The notes: generated by a model not told the origin, from the sequence alone. Positions 5,762 through 15,317 are shown, counted from the first letter of the stretch. The stretch: 64,000 nucleotides of DNA from Candidatus Staskawiczbacteria bacterium (GCA_023245155.1 JAHFKV010000001.1:267034-331033); one strand, 5' to 3'. A program made the numbers and translations.

Positions 5762-8425
5762 ATGAATCCAACCGGAGCGAATTTTACTAATAAAGCACAA
5801 GAGGCCATTATGGCCGCCCAGGAAATTGCCCAGCAGCGCGGGCAGCAGCAAATTGATGCCCTGCATTTATTGTTAGCGTTGATGACTCAGGAAGGGTCAT
5901 TGGTTTTAACTATTATGCAAAAAATGGGTGTTGATGTTGATGCGCTCAAGCGCAAAACCGAAAGCCAAATCGCAAGGGTTTCTTCTATGCTCAATCCCAC
6001 TGCCTTTGGCCAGTTTTATTTAACGCAAGACATGGCTAAGGTGCTGGACAAGGCCCGGCAAGAATCGCTGAAAATGCAAGACGAATTTATTTCTGTTGAA
6101 CATTTGTTTTTGGCGCTTTTGGATGTGAAAAGCATGGCCCGCGAACTGTTAGAAAAGGCTTCGCTAAAATATGAAGAGGCTTTGAAGGCGTTGGCCCCCA
6201 TTCGCGGTGGTCAACGGATTACCGATCCAGAGCCCGAATCAAAATACCAGGTGATTGAAAAATACACCCAAAACTTAACCGATATGGCCGCGGCCGGAAA
6301 AATTGACCCGATTATTGGCCGGGATAATGAGATTAGGCGTTTGATGCAAATTATTTCCCGCCGGACTAAGAATAATCCGGTGTTGATCGGGGAAGCCGGG
6401 GTGGGAAAAACCGCCATTGTAGAAGGTTTTGCCCAGCGGGTGGCCCGGGGAAATGTACCGGAATTTTTAAAAAACAAAGAAGTGGTTTCGCTGGATTTGG
6501 GGCAGATTATTGCCGGCACCAAGTACCGAGGTGAATTTGAAACCCGGATTAAGGCTCTGTTAAAAGAAATCAACCGCGCTTCCAATAAATATATTTTGTT
6601 TATTGATGAACTGCACACCTTAGTTGGTGCAGGGGCAGCCGAGGGAGCCATTGATGCTTCAAATTTATTGAAGCCGGCCCTGGCCCGCGGGGAATTGCGT
6701 GCCATTGGAGCTACCACCTTAAAAGAATACCAAAAATATATTGAGAAAGATCCGGCATTGGAGCGCCGCTTCCAGCCGATTTTTGTACAAGAACCAAACG
6801 TGGAAGATGCCACCGCTATTTTGCGTGGCATCAAAGAAAAGTATGAAGTGCACCACGGGGTGCGCATTAAAGACTCGGCTATTAAAGCGGCGGTGGAGCT
6901 TTCCAGCCGTTATATCGCCGATCGTTTTTTACCGGACAAAGCCGTAGATTTAATGGACGAAGCGGCCAGTGCTTTAAGATTGGAAATTGAATCTGAGCCC
7001 CAGGAACTGGAAAAGTTTGAAGAAGAAATTACTAAATTAGAAATTGAAAAACAGGCTTTGAAAAAAGAGAAAGATTCTGAGCGGAGGCTGAAAGTGATTG
7101 CTAAAGAGCTCTCTGAAATGAAAGAAAAGGTCAAAGAATTAAGCGCTAAATGGGGGGCAGAAAAAGAGCTGATTAACAAAATCAAAGCTATTCGCGAAAA
7201 GATTGATGCCCTATATAATCAAACGGAAATCGCCCAGCGGGAGGCTGATTTGGAAAAAGTGGCAGAAATAAAATACGGAAAAATTCCTCAACTGGTAAAA
7301 GAACAAAAACAGATTGAGCAAAAACTGGTCAAGTTACAAAAAACCCACCACTTTTTGAAAGAAGAAGTAACCGAAGAAGAGGTAGCCAAAGTGGTTTCGC
7401 GGTGGACGGGGGTTCCGGTTATGCGCCTGATTACCGAAGAAGCCAAAAAGCTAGAATTAATGGAAGCTACTCTTAATCGGCGTGTGATTGGCCAAGAAGA
7501 GGCCATTTCAGCCATTAGTCGCGCTATCCGCCGTGCCCGCGCGGGCATTTCTGAAGCGAATAAACCGCTGGGAAGCTTCTTATTTTTAGGGCCCACGGGC
7601 GTGGGTAAAACCGAAACGGCACGGGCCTTGGCTGAATTTTTGTTTGACGATGAAAAGGCTATGATTCGGCTGGATATGTCCGAATACATGGAACGGCACA
7701 CGGTGTCAAAAATTATCGGATCACCGCCAGGATATGTGGGTTATGAAGAAGCCGGACAGTTAACCGAAAAGGTGCGGCGCAGGCCCTACTCGGTGATTTT
7801 ATTAGACGAAATTGAAAAAGCCCACCCCGAAGTATTCAACATTTTACTGCAAATTTTTGAAGATGGCCGTCTGACTGACAGCAAGGGCCGGATGGTTTCA
7901 TTTAAGAACACTATTATTATTTTAACCAGCAATCTGGGCTCAGACTACATTAACAAAATGTCTTCGATTGGGTTCACCTCAGCTCGTGACGTAGCCCAGC
8001 GCGAAAGCATGAAAGATAAAGTTATGGAATCATTGAAAGAACAATTCCGGCCTGAGTTTATTAATAGAATTGATGAAATTGTGATATTTAATTATCTGAA
8101 AGCTTTGGAAATTAAGAAAATTGTTGATTTGGAAATGTCAAAGGTTCAAAAGCGTTTAGCGGCCAAAGAAATCAGCATTACTATTTCTGAAAAAGCCAAG
8201 GAGTTGTTGCTGAAAGAAGGGTATGATGCCAATTTGGGCGCCCGCCCATTAAAACGGGTAATTCAACGATTAATTTTAGATCCCCTAAGTATTAAAATTG
8301 TTACCAGTGAAATCGCGGAAGGTAGTAGAGTGTTTATTGATGAGCAGGGTGGAAAAATAACGTTTGAAATCCCAAAACTACTGCCTAAAATGAGTTCACC
8401 GGAAAAAGTTTCTTCACGCAAATAA
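5762..8425 (+). CDS. clpB: ATP-dependent chaperone ClpB
   Basis: 887 aa. Two AAA+ modules (GEAGVGKT and GPTGVGKT Walker A motifs) with a long coiled-coil middle domain. Confidence 0.97.
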   Translation: MNPTGANFTNKAQEAIMAAQEIAQQRGQQQIDALHLLLALMTQEGSLVLTIMQKMGVDVDALKRKTESQIARVSSMLNPTAFGQFYLTQDMAKVLDKARQESLKMQDEFISVEHLFLALLDVKSMARELLEKASLKYEEALKALAPIRGGQRITDPEPESKYQVIEKYTQNLTDMAAAGKIDPIIGRDNEIRRLMQIISRRTKNNPVLIGEAGVGKTAIVEGFAQRVARGNVPEFLKNKEVVSLDLGQIIAGTKYRGEFETRIKALLKEINRASNKYILFIDELHTLVGAGAAEGAIDASNLLKPALARGELRAIGATTLKEYQKYIEKDPALERRFQPIFVQEPNVEDATAILRGIKEKYEVHHGVRIKDSAIKAAVELSSRYIADRFLPDKAVDLMDEAASALRLEIESEPQELEKFEEEITKLEIEKQALKKEKDSERRLKVIAKELSEMKEKVKELSAKWGAEKELINKIKAIREKIDALYNQTEIAQREADLEKVAEIKYGKIPQLVKEQKQIEQKLVKLQKTHHFLKEEVTEEEVAKVVSRWTGVPVMRLITEEAKKLELMEATLNRRVIGQEEAISAISRAIRRARAGISEANKPLGSFLFLGPTGVGKTETARALAEFLFDDEKAMIRLDMSEYMERHTVSKIIGSPPGYVGYEEAGQLTEKVRRRPYSVILLDEIEKAHPEVFNILLQIFEDGRLTDSKGRMVSFKNTIIILTSNLGSDYINKMSSIGFTSARDVAQRESMKDKVMESLKEQFRPEFINRIDEIVIFNYLKALEIKKIVDLEMSKVQKRLAAKEISITISEKAKELLLKEGYDANLGARPLKRVIQRLILDPLSIKIVTSEIAEGSRVFIDEQGGKITFEIPKLLPKMSSPEKVSSRK

Positions 8426-8442
8426 TTTTTGCGGCAAAAGTT

Positions 8443-8470
8443 ATCCACTACATGAGAGTGGATTTTTTGT
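8443..8470 (+). terminator. rho-independent terminator
   Basis: ATCCACT (8443-8449) pairs with AGTGGAT (8457-8463), followed by TTTTTT. Confidence 0.7.
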
Positions 8471-8499
8471 TTTACAATTATTGCATAAGGTTTTAGATT

Positions 8500-9774
8500 A
8501 TGGAAAGGAAATTGCTTTGTCTCTATGGTTCTCTGGCGCTGGTAGTAGTAGTTTTTTGTTTAGTGGGATTTGTTTTCCGTGCAAACTTATACAAAGTCTA
8601 TCAGGCTGCCAGCTTAGAAAACTCGCTATCAAAAGTGGCTCCTAAGGCGGCGGCAGTTTCTGTTCCAAAACTAAAGCCAGCACGAAAATCGGTTTCCTCG
8701 GCACCCTTACCCGCTCCAAACTTGGTACCTGCGACAATATCGCTGGCGCCATTGCCAACTCCCACCTCCGCTCAAGCTCCTTTAATAATGGCGCCAAGTA
8801 AGCCTTTATTATCGCCCGTGCCCAGTCCTAGTCCAACACCAACTCCCATTTCTCTCGAAAAAATTTTAATCCACCAAGTCCAAGCCGAAGGCCAAACGGT
8901 AAATGATGAGTTTATTACGTTGTACAATCCTAATGATTTGGCCGTGAACTTGGCAGGTTTTGTTCTAAAAAAGAAAACCGCCAGCGGAACCGAAAGCAAC
9001 CTGATTTCCGCTGAAGCATTTTCAGGAACCGTTGCCGCCCGGGGATACTTTTTAATAGCTCCACAAGATAACGATGATGCTACGAAAAATTATACCGGTT
9101 CGCTGGTACCTGATGCGCGATATTCGGGTAAAACGTTTTCCATTGCCTATGGTAATACGATTTTATTGTATGACGCTGAAAATGTATTGCAGGATCAATT
9201 TTTGATTCCAGAGCCCCTCTCAACTCCCACTCCACCGCCACCGCCACCAGCACCATCTCCTGAGCCAACTCCCGCGCCATCACCCTCGCCCCTACCTACA
9301 GAAACACTGCCCCCAGCACCACCTCCACCTCCGCCACCACCTTTGCCCCAGCCTTCAGTTGCGATAAATGAAATCGCCTGGATGGGCACCACCGTATCGG
9401 CAAACAACGAATGGCTGGAACTATTTAATCATGGTGATCAGACAGTAGACCTGGCGGGCTGGAAATTACAAGCAGCTGATGGCACGCCCAATATTACATT
9501 GTCTGGTAGTATTAGTCCCCACGGATTTTATCTATTAGAAAGAACTGATGATAACTCTGTTCCCACGGTTGTCGCTGATCAAATTTACACCGGGGCGCTG
9601 GGTAATAGCGGAGAAAATATTTCATTAACTAATGCTTCCGGCAGTGTGATTGATCAGGTAAATTGCGCTGCGGGTTGGTTCGCAGGCGATAATACTTCTA
9701 AAAAAACTATGCAACGGACCACAGATGGTGGTTGGCAAACTAGCGAAACGCCTGGCGGAACTCCAAAAGTATAA
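8500..9774 (+). CDS. membrane-anchored protein with two lamin-tail domains (LTD) and Pro-rich linkers
   Basis: N-terminal TM segment. Two LTD-like units (NDEFITLYNPNDLAVNLAGFVL... and NEWLELFNHGDQTVDLAGWKL...GNSGENISL). Poly-Pro tract. Confidence 0.8.
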   Translation: MERKLLCLYGSLALVVVVFCLVGFVFRANLYKVYQAASLENSLSKVAPKAAAVSVPKLKPARKSVSSAPLPAPNLVPATISLAPLPTPTSAQAPLIMAPSKPLLSPVPSPSPTPTPISLEKILIHQVQAEGQTVNDEFITLYNPNDLAVNLAGFVLKKKTASGTESNLISAEAFSGTVAARGYFLIAPQDNDDATKNYTGSLVPDARYSGKTFSIAYGNTILLYDAENVLQDQFLIPEPLSTPTPPPPPPAPSPEPTPAPSPSPLPTETLPPAPPPPPPPPLPQPSVAINEIAWMGTTVSANNEWLELFNHGDQTVDLAGWKLQAADGTPNITLSGSISPHGFYLLERTDDNSVPTVVADQIYTGALGNSGENISLTNASGSVIDQVNCAAGWFAGDNTSKKTMQRTTDGGWQTSETPGGTPKV

Positions 9775-9788
9775 TAAAGTATCTCCTG

Positions 9789-9826
9789 CCACCTTTTAAT
9801 AATCTTTGACTTTAGGTGGTTTTTTT
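9789..9826 (+). terminator. possible terminator
   Basis: CCACCT (9789-9794) pairs with AGGTGG (9814-9819) across a long loop, followed by T7. Confidence 0.35.
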
Positions 9827-9836
9827 GTTAGATTTA

Positions 9837-10352
9837 ATGGAAATTATGCAGGAAAATTTCGTAAAAATTATTAACGCTATTTACAAAGTTTTAGAATTTT
9901 TTCCAGAGGGAGACCCGTTGAAAAACAAGGCCAAAGAAAAAGCATTGGCGATTTTAGAAAATCCAGAATCTAAGGATATTGAAGTTTTAGAAAAATATTT
10001 GGAATTAGCAAAATGGCAAGGCTGGATAGATTCTATGAATTTTCTGATTATCATTAAAGAATTAGAAAAAATAAAAAATGGTATTATTGCCAAACCTGAA
10101 ATATCTGTCTTCGAATTACGTCATAAGGAGATTGCGCCCGCTAGCAGGGGGGAATTTTCTGTCCGCCAAAAAAGAATATTACAGTTCTTGGAAAAAACGG
10201 AAAAAGTACAGGTGCAAGATATCATCAAAGAAATGCCTAACGTGACCAAGAGAACAATACGCAGAGATTTGGATGATTTATTGAAAAAGGGGGAAATAAC
10301 TAGAATTGGCGATTTTAACCAAGTTTTTTACCAAAAATATGATAGGACATGA
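9837..10352 (+). CDS. transcriptional regulator with C-terminal DeoR-type winged HTH
   Basis: RQKRILQFLEKTEKVQVQDIIKEMPNVTKRTIRRDLDDLLKKGEI. I prefer ATG 9837 to the GTG at 9816. Confidence 0.7.
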   Translation: MEIMQENFVKIINAIYKVLEFFPEGDPLKNKAKEKALAILENPESKDIEVLEKYLELAKWQGWIDSMNFLIIIKELEKIKNGIIAKPEISVFELRHKEIAPASRGEFSVRQKRILQFLEKTEKVQVQDIIKEMPNVTKRTIRRDLDDLLKKGEITRIGDFNQVFYQKYDRT

Positions 10353-10388
10353 TAGGACAATATAAAAAGCTTGAAAATGTCCTATCAT
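10339..10388 (+). promoter_or_regulatory. operator-like repeat set: ATGATAGGAC x2 (direct) plus one inverted copy
   Basis: Direct copies at 10339-10348 and 10349-10358. ATGTCCTATCAT at 10377-10388 is the exact reverse complement of 10339-10350. The set flanks and overlaps the sigma-factor promoter. Confidence 0.55.
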
Positions 10389-10399
10389 TGTGATATATT
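10371..10399 (+). promoter_or_regulatory. promoter TTGAAA-N17-TATATT (or TGtGATATA) immediately upstream of ATG 10403
   Basis: -35 at 10371-10376, -10 at 10392-10399. Only 3-5 nt separate it from the start codon and there is no SD. Confidence 0.5.
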
Positions 10400-10402
10400 A
10401 TT

Positions 10403-10912
10403 ATGAATAACCCAAGAGAACAATTTAGTCTTATCTACGACCAATATATTAATGCAATATATCGGTTTGTTTATTTGAAGGTAAGTTTGCAAGAAACAGC
10501 TGAAGATATTACCTCTAGGGTTTTTATTAAAGCTTGGCAATCCTATCAAAAAGACGCTCAATCAATCCAGAACATGAACGCTTTTTTGTATAGAATTGCC
10601 GGTAATTTAGTAATTGACCACTATAGGGAAAAAGACAAAAAAAGCACTATTTCCACAGAAAGTTTAGCCCAGCTGGCTGATGATAGGACAAGCATCCATG
10701 AAAGAGCCATGATAAACGCAGATATTGATAAGATGAAAGCGGCTTTAGTTGGGGTGAAAAAAGAATACCAAGACGTGATTATTTGGTATTACTTAGAAGA
10801 TATGTCTGCGGAAGAAATTACATTGCTAACTGGAAAACCGCCTGGAACCGTTCGGGTAATGATTCATCGTGGTCTAGAAATGCTCAGAGAGAAATTGATA
10901 GAGGAAGTCTAA
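10403..10912 (+). CDS. RNA polymerase sigma-70 family, ECF-type sigma factor
   Basis: Region 2 (YRFVYLKV...AEDITSRVFIKAW...LVIDHYR) and region 4 (YYLEDMSAEEITLLTGKPPGTVRVMIHRGL). Confidence 0.9.
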   Translation: MNNPREQFSLIYDQYINAIYRFVYLKVSLQETAEDITSRVFIKAWQSYQKDAQSIQNMNAFLYRIAGNLVIDHYREKDKKSTISTESLAQLADDRTSIHERAMINADIDKMKAALVGVKKEYQDVIIWYYLEDMSAEEITLLTGKPPGTVRVMIHRGLEMLREKLIEEV

Positions 10913-10957
10913 ATTAATAAAATTGTAACAATAATTGCTCTTTATCGTCATAACGGT

Positions 10958-11653
10958 ATGGAAGAAGTGCAGCTTATCGCAAAGTTAAAAGAGTTAAAAA
11001 GCATCAGCCCCAGGAAAGAGTGGGTGCTTTTAACTAAGGCGCAATTATTTAAAGCTGAGGTTTTCCCTCAAGAAAAAGCCATCTTTACCAGCTTGTGGAG
11101 TAATATCGTCAATGTGGTTTCCAGGAAGCAGGTTGTGTATTCCTTGGCGGCATTAGCGGTGGTTATTGCCGGAACATATGGAATCATGAAATTTCCGTTA
11201 CCTTTTGCCATGGATGCAGCCAAAAGCTCAACTGCTTCTTTAGCTATTGAGACTAATCTAAAGAATAATGTTCAGACATTCATTACAAAATCACAAAATT
11301 TATCAGACGCTTCAAGGAATAAGTCGGGGGTTTTGGTAGCCCTAAAGGAGGTAAAGGAAGCTGCAAAAAGCGTTACAGAAACTATTAAAAAAGACCCGCA
11401 ATTGGCCAGCAAGGTAGCTTTAGAGATCAATAATAATAAAACCTATTTGGATGTTGCGGGCGGGAATACTTCCAATGAGGTTTCTGGCATGTATGAAGCT
11501 GTAGTAGTGCCACTGATTAAAGATTTGGTTGCTAGGACATTGAATTCAGACCAAGCAAAAGAGTTGAAGAGAATTAAGGATGACTTAGCCGCCAATGGCG
11601 ACTACGCTGTTGCATTGCGGGATATTTTAATTGGATTTGGGACTAACAAATAA
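10958..11653 (+). CDS. single-pass membrane protein, putative anti-sigma factor
   Basis: Located directly downstream of the ECF sigma factor. One TM segment (VVYSLAALAVVIAGTYGIM). No recognisable zinc motif. Confidence 0.5.
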   Translation: MEEVQLIAKLKELKSISPRKEWVLLTKAQLFKAEVFPQEKAIFTSLWSNIVNVVSRKQVVYSLAALAVVIAGTYGIMKFPLPFAMDAAKSSTASLAIETNLKNNVQTFITKSQNLSDASRNKSGVLVALKEVKEAAKSVTETIKKDPQLASKVALEINNNKTYLDVAGGNTSNEVSGMYEAVVVPLIKDLVARTLNSDQAKELKRIKDDLAANGDYAVALRDILIGFGTNK

Positions 11654-11671
11654 CCGGGTTAAGCCCTTCAT

Positions 11672-11859
11672 TCTGGCCAGCATGACTATGGCGGCCAGAT
11701 CAAGGATTTAACATTTGACGAGTCGTTATAGGAAGTTACATTATTCGCGGAGTGAGGTTTAACAAGATTAACTTCGTTGTTAATACGTAAAACCGCGAGG
11801 GTTAAAATGCGTTAAAGCTCGCTTTGCGAGCTCCCAACGAATATCTCTGGGATGTAACT
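11672..11859 (+). other. structured non-coding spacer (nested helices) upstream of the S-layer-like gene
   Basis: Helices at 11672-78/11693-99, 11734-41/11852-59, 11745-50/11793-98, 11759-65/11777-83 and 11816-22/11826-32. Confidence 0.35.
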
Positions 11860-11923
11860 GATTATTGGTCGATGCGACGAGAAATATAGTCCAAAAAAAT
11901 TAAAGACACAAAAAAATAATAAA

Positions 11924-14900
11924 ATGAATATAACAAAAACAATTATTACAGCCACAGTCGCATTGACTATGGTTGCCATGATTGCTCCTGTAATGACTTC
12001 TGCCGCCACCGTGCCTTCAGCATGTGCTGGCATCACTCTCACCAGAAATTTGAGAGTGGGATCGGTAGGATCTGATGTAAGATGCTTGCAAGCAAGTATG
12101 AACGCATTAGGTTATACAGTTGCAGTATCAGGAGCAGGCTCAATGGGCATGGAGACAACCCACTTTGGTCCAAAAACCTTAGTAGCTGTTAACCACTGGC
12201 AACAAGCTGTATTACATACATCAGCGACTCAGGTTGGTCCTATGTCAAGGGCAAACTTGAATGCATGGTTGACCGGCTCTCCGAGCCCAACCCCTTCACC
12301 GACTCCAAATCCTAATCCAACCGGACCGGTGAGCGTTATGCTTTCACCAGCAACTCCAGCAGCTGGAAACATTGTTGGAGGACAAGCTACTGCTGATTTG
12401 TTGCACGTAACCTTTACGGGAAGCGGCACGGTCACTTCAGTAGTTTTGACACGTTCTGGTATCTCAGATTCAAACACACTTACCAATGTGTATTTGTTTG
12501 ACGGAAATACCCGCATTACTGATGGATATAGCTTCAGTGCTACCACCAGCATGTTGACTATTAATGGCCTTAATATCGCCGTCAATGGATCACATGAAAT
12601 CTCCGCAAGGGCAGATGTTCTATCAACTGCTCCAACTACGGCTTCAACCATTGCCGTTTCACTTACTGGCTACACAGCCAATGGAACCACCAACACAGCT
12701 AGCGTTATGGGTAACACCATGTCAGTTGTAGTTGGAAACTTGGCTTCAGCTACGATTACCGCAGCTGCCAGCGCCGCTGTTCCAACAGCTAACGTGAATG
12801 CCGGTACTACTGGCTACACTTTCTGGTCAGCCCCTATTCAGATTAATACCAGGGCTGTCTGGCTGAAGATGGCAAACTTCCGCATGATCGGATCTGCACC
12901 TTCAGACGCGCTTTCCAACATCAAATTATTTATTGATGGTGTTGATACTGGAAAAGTTGGCATGGTTATGGCTATTAACGGTTCAAACTATGTAGTGTTT
13001 GATTTGACATCAGCGCCTATTAGCTTGATGACCGGATCACACGCCGTTGACATGAGGGCTGATATCCAGAAAGGTACCAATAGGACCATTCAGGTATCAA
13101 TCCAAAATGCATCTGACTTGACCATTTATGATCCTCAAGTTGGCGTAAATGTTGCTGTAAGCAGCACTACTGCCGGATCATTCAGCGCTAATAACGCCGG
13201 AACAATCTCTATTTTGACCGGTTCAGTGACGATTGTTACTGATCCTACCTTCACCGCTCAGACTACTGTTTCTGGAGGTGCAGCCAACGTAGTGGTTGCT
13301 AGATTCAAAGTTCATGCATATGGTGAAGATGTTAAAATCAGCACCTTGAAGATTATTCCTTCAATCCTTGGAGCAACTTCAACCGGATCTACTTGTACCA
13401 CTAACGCCACAACTGGAGTTATCGGTACTGCCGTGGGAACTTGCGGACTTAACAACGTAACTTTGTACTTCAATGGTTCACAAGTTGGTTCTCAGGTAAA
13501 TTACGTGGGAGCGACCTACACCATGGGTACTGTAACAACGGGTAGTGTTATTACCTATACGTTGGGTTCTCAGGTGATTGCTCCAGCCGGACAAGATAGC
13601 TGGTTGGAAGTAAGAACTGATCTTCAAACAGAAGCTAACGTTGCTTACACCGGAGGTACGGTAAAAGTAGGATTGCCTGCTGACACCGTTAATTACGGAC
13701 AAGGTATGAGCTCACAAGCTTCTATCACCGTTCCAACTGCGGCTATTGCTACCAGCGGTTTGACGATTTCAACCAATGGATTAGCCGTATCAAAGAACAG
13801 CGCTTACTTGAATCAATCAATTGCTCCAAACATGTCAGGTGTGAAAATCGGTTCTTACGTTTTACAGAACCAGAGCACCTCACAGTCAATCAGGTTGACT
13901 TCATTGAGCATTGCTACCACTATTACAACTACAACGGTAAGCAACTTCTCTAACTTGTGCGTTGCGGTAAATTCATCCAGCTGCAATACTTCTCCTATCC
14001 AGTTCTCAGGAACTCAAAGTGGCACTACATCAACTGATGTGTTCTCGGTAACCAATTCATTGGCGCAGGGAGCATCTATCTTGGTTGATTTGTATGCCCA
14101 GACAGGAGCAGCAACCAGCGGAACCATTGCGACAACCTTAAACGTTTCGTCAATCGGTGCTATGGATAACATTGCAGCCGCTAGCGGAGCCAAGACCGGA
14201 CAAACTATGACCTTAGGTACTGGAGCTGTTCCTACACCTACGTTAGTAGTGTCCGCTGCTTCAACTACTCCTGCTCAATTTGTTGCAGGTGCAATGCCAA
14301 CAGGAATGACCAATGCATCATCGCAAGCTACGTTTAACTTCCAGTCAACCAGTGGCGCTTCAACTATTACCGAACTTAAGTTTACGGTATCTGGTTCAGA
14401 CGCAAGCACCAGCAACATGGTAAGCAATATCTGTGTTGGCTCAATTTGCGCTCAGCCGGTTTCTGGTACAGCTTACTTAACTGGTCTTAACTTGAATGTT
14501 CCGCAAGGAAGTGGAGGTTTGACCCAGCCAGTTGCCATCTGGTATTCACCAGTTGGAACCAACGCTATCGTGCCTAACAACTTGGCCGCCGTTTCGCTTG
14601 CGTACTACAAGTACATTTCAGGCGGAACAACTACCACTAAGACTGGAACGACCCTTTCTGGAAGTGACTTCACTTCAGTAGCGGCTCCAACCCAGACTTT
14701 GGTTGGTTCACGGCCTGTCGTTGCAGTTACCAATGCTAGCGTTTCAGGACTTAACATTGGAACAGTTCAGAACAAGATTGGTGAAATCACGGTTATGGCT
14801 GACTCAAGAGGTGATCTTAAACTTAACGATATTAAGTTCACCGCGGTTAGCACCGGATTCGCAACCACCGTGCCTACCTTCACGAGCGCCTTTATCTCTG

Positions 14901-15301
14901 ATAACAGCAGCGCTACGGCAGTTACCGGTTCAAGTTGCGGTCAAGGTTCAGCTGCAGCAACTTCTCAGACCATCTTCTGCGAGTTTGCTACTTCAGGCGA
15001 TACTATGACTACGACTACTGGAGTTACCAACTCTGAAGACAACAACGACTTCGATGGTTACATTGTCCAAGCTGGAAAATCAGTTACTTTCAGCTTGTAC
15101 GCTATAGTTGCGGGAGCAACCACATCTACCAGCCCAGCCTCAATTTCAACCTCATTGGTTGCTGCAGGCTTTAACTGGGATGATGCTTCATATGCTGTAT
15201 TCAGCAGCAATGCAGTTACTGCAAATCCAAACAATGGAACGAACCTCACTGGTTCTAACATTTATGGATTCCCAACTAACAGCTACACCATCAAACAGTA
15301 A
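11924..15301 (+). CDS. giant cell-surface (S-layer-like) protein with N-terminal PG-binding domain
   Basis: 1125 aa. Signal/TM segment, PG_binding_1-like segment (GSVGSDVRCLQASMNALGY...FGPKTLVAVNHWQ), PSPTPSPTPNPNP linker, then about 1000 aa of T/S/A/G/N/V-rich repeated beta-type modules nearly devoid of charged residues. Confidence 0.8.
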   Translation: MNITKTIITATVALTMVAMIAPVMTSAATVPSACAGITLTRNLRVGSVGSDVRCLQASMNALGYTVAVSGAGSMGMETTHFGPKTLVAVNHWQQAVLHTSATQVGPMSRANLNAWLTGSPSPTPSPTPNPNPTGPVSVMLSPATPAAGNIVGGQATADLLHVTFTGSGTVTSVVLTRSGISDSNTLTNVYLFDGNTRITDGYSFSATTSMLTINGLNIAVNGSHEISARADVLSTAPTTASTIAVSLTGYTANGTTNTASVMGNTMSVVVGNLASATITAAASAAVPTANVNAGTTGYTFWSAPIQINTRAVWLKMANFRMIGSAPSDALSNIKLFIDGVDTGKVGMVMAINGSNYVVFDLTSAPISLMTGSHAVDMRADIQKGTNRTIQVSIQNASDLTIYDPQVGVNVAVSSTTAGSFSANNAGTISILTGSVTIVTDPTFTAQTTVSGGAANVVVARFKVHAYGEDVKISTLKIIPSILGATSTGSTCTTNATTGVIGTAVGTCGLNNVTLYFNGSQVGSQVNYVGATYTMGTVTTGSVITYTLGSQVIAPAGQDSWLEVRTDLQTEANVAYTGGTVKVGLPADTVNYGQGMSSQASITVPTAAIATSGLTISTNGLAVSKNSAYLNQSIAPNMSGVKIGSYVLQNQSTSQSIRLTSLSIATTITTTTVSNFSNLCVAVNSSSCNTSPIQFSGTQSGTTSTDVFSVTNSLAQGASILVDLYAQTGAATSGTIATTLNVSSIGAMDNIAAASGAKTGQTMTLGTGAVPTPTLVVSAASTTPAQFVAGAMPTGMTNASSQATFNFQSTSGASTITELKFTVSGSDASTSNMVSNICVGSICAQPVSGTAYLTGLNLNVPQGSGGLTQPVAIWYSPVGTNAIVPNNLAAVSLAYYKYISGGTTTTKTGTTLSGSDFTSVAAPTQTLVGSRPVVAVTNASVSGLNIGTVQNKIGEITVMADSRGDLKLNDIKFTAVSTGFATTVPTFTSAFISDNSSATAVTGSSCGQGSAAATSQTIFCEFATSGDTMTTTTGVTNSEDNNDFDGYIVQAGKSVTFSLYAIVAGATTSTSPASISTSLVAAGFNWDDASYAVFSSNAVTANPNNGTNLTGSNIYGFPTNSYTIKQ

Positions 15302-15317
15302 TTTCACGTTGACACGC

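Noticed and set aside
6211-6867. 218-aa minus-strand ORF, plus other long antisense or alternate-frame ORFs in the track (e.g. 7288-7701, 12229-12651, 17805-18311, 49863-50591, 33594-33959).
   Set aside because: All lie entirely inside strongly supported genes (clpB, the surface protein, Wzy_C/TPR, pglF-like, a methyltransferase). They have low-complexity or unrecognisable products, so they are shadow ORFs.
9195-9407. 70-aa minus-strand ORF with poly-Gly (GGGGGGGGAGG...).
   Set aside because: It is the antisense reading of the poly-proline linker of the LTD protein.
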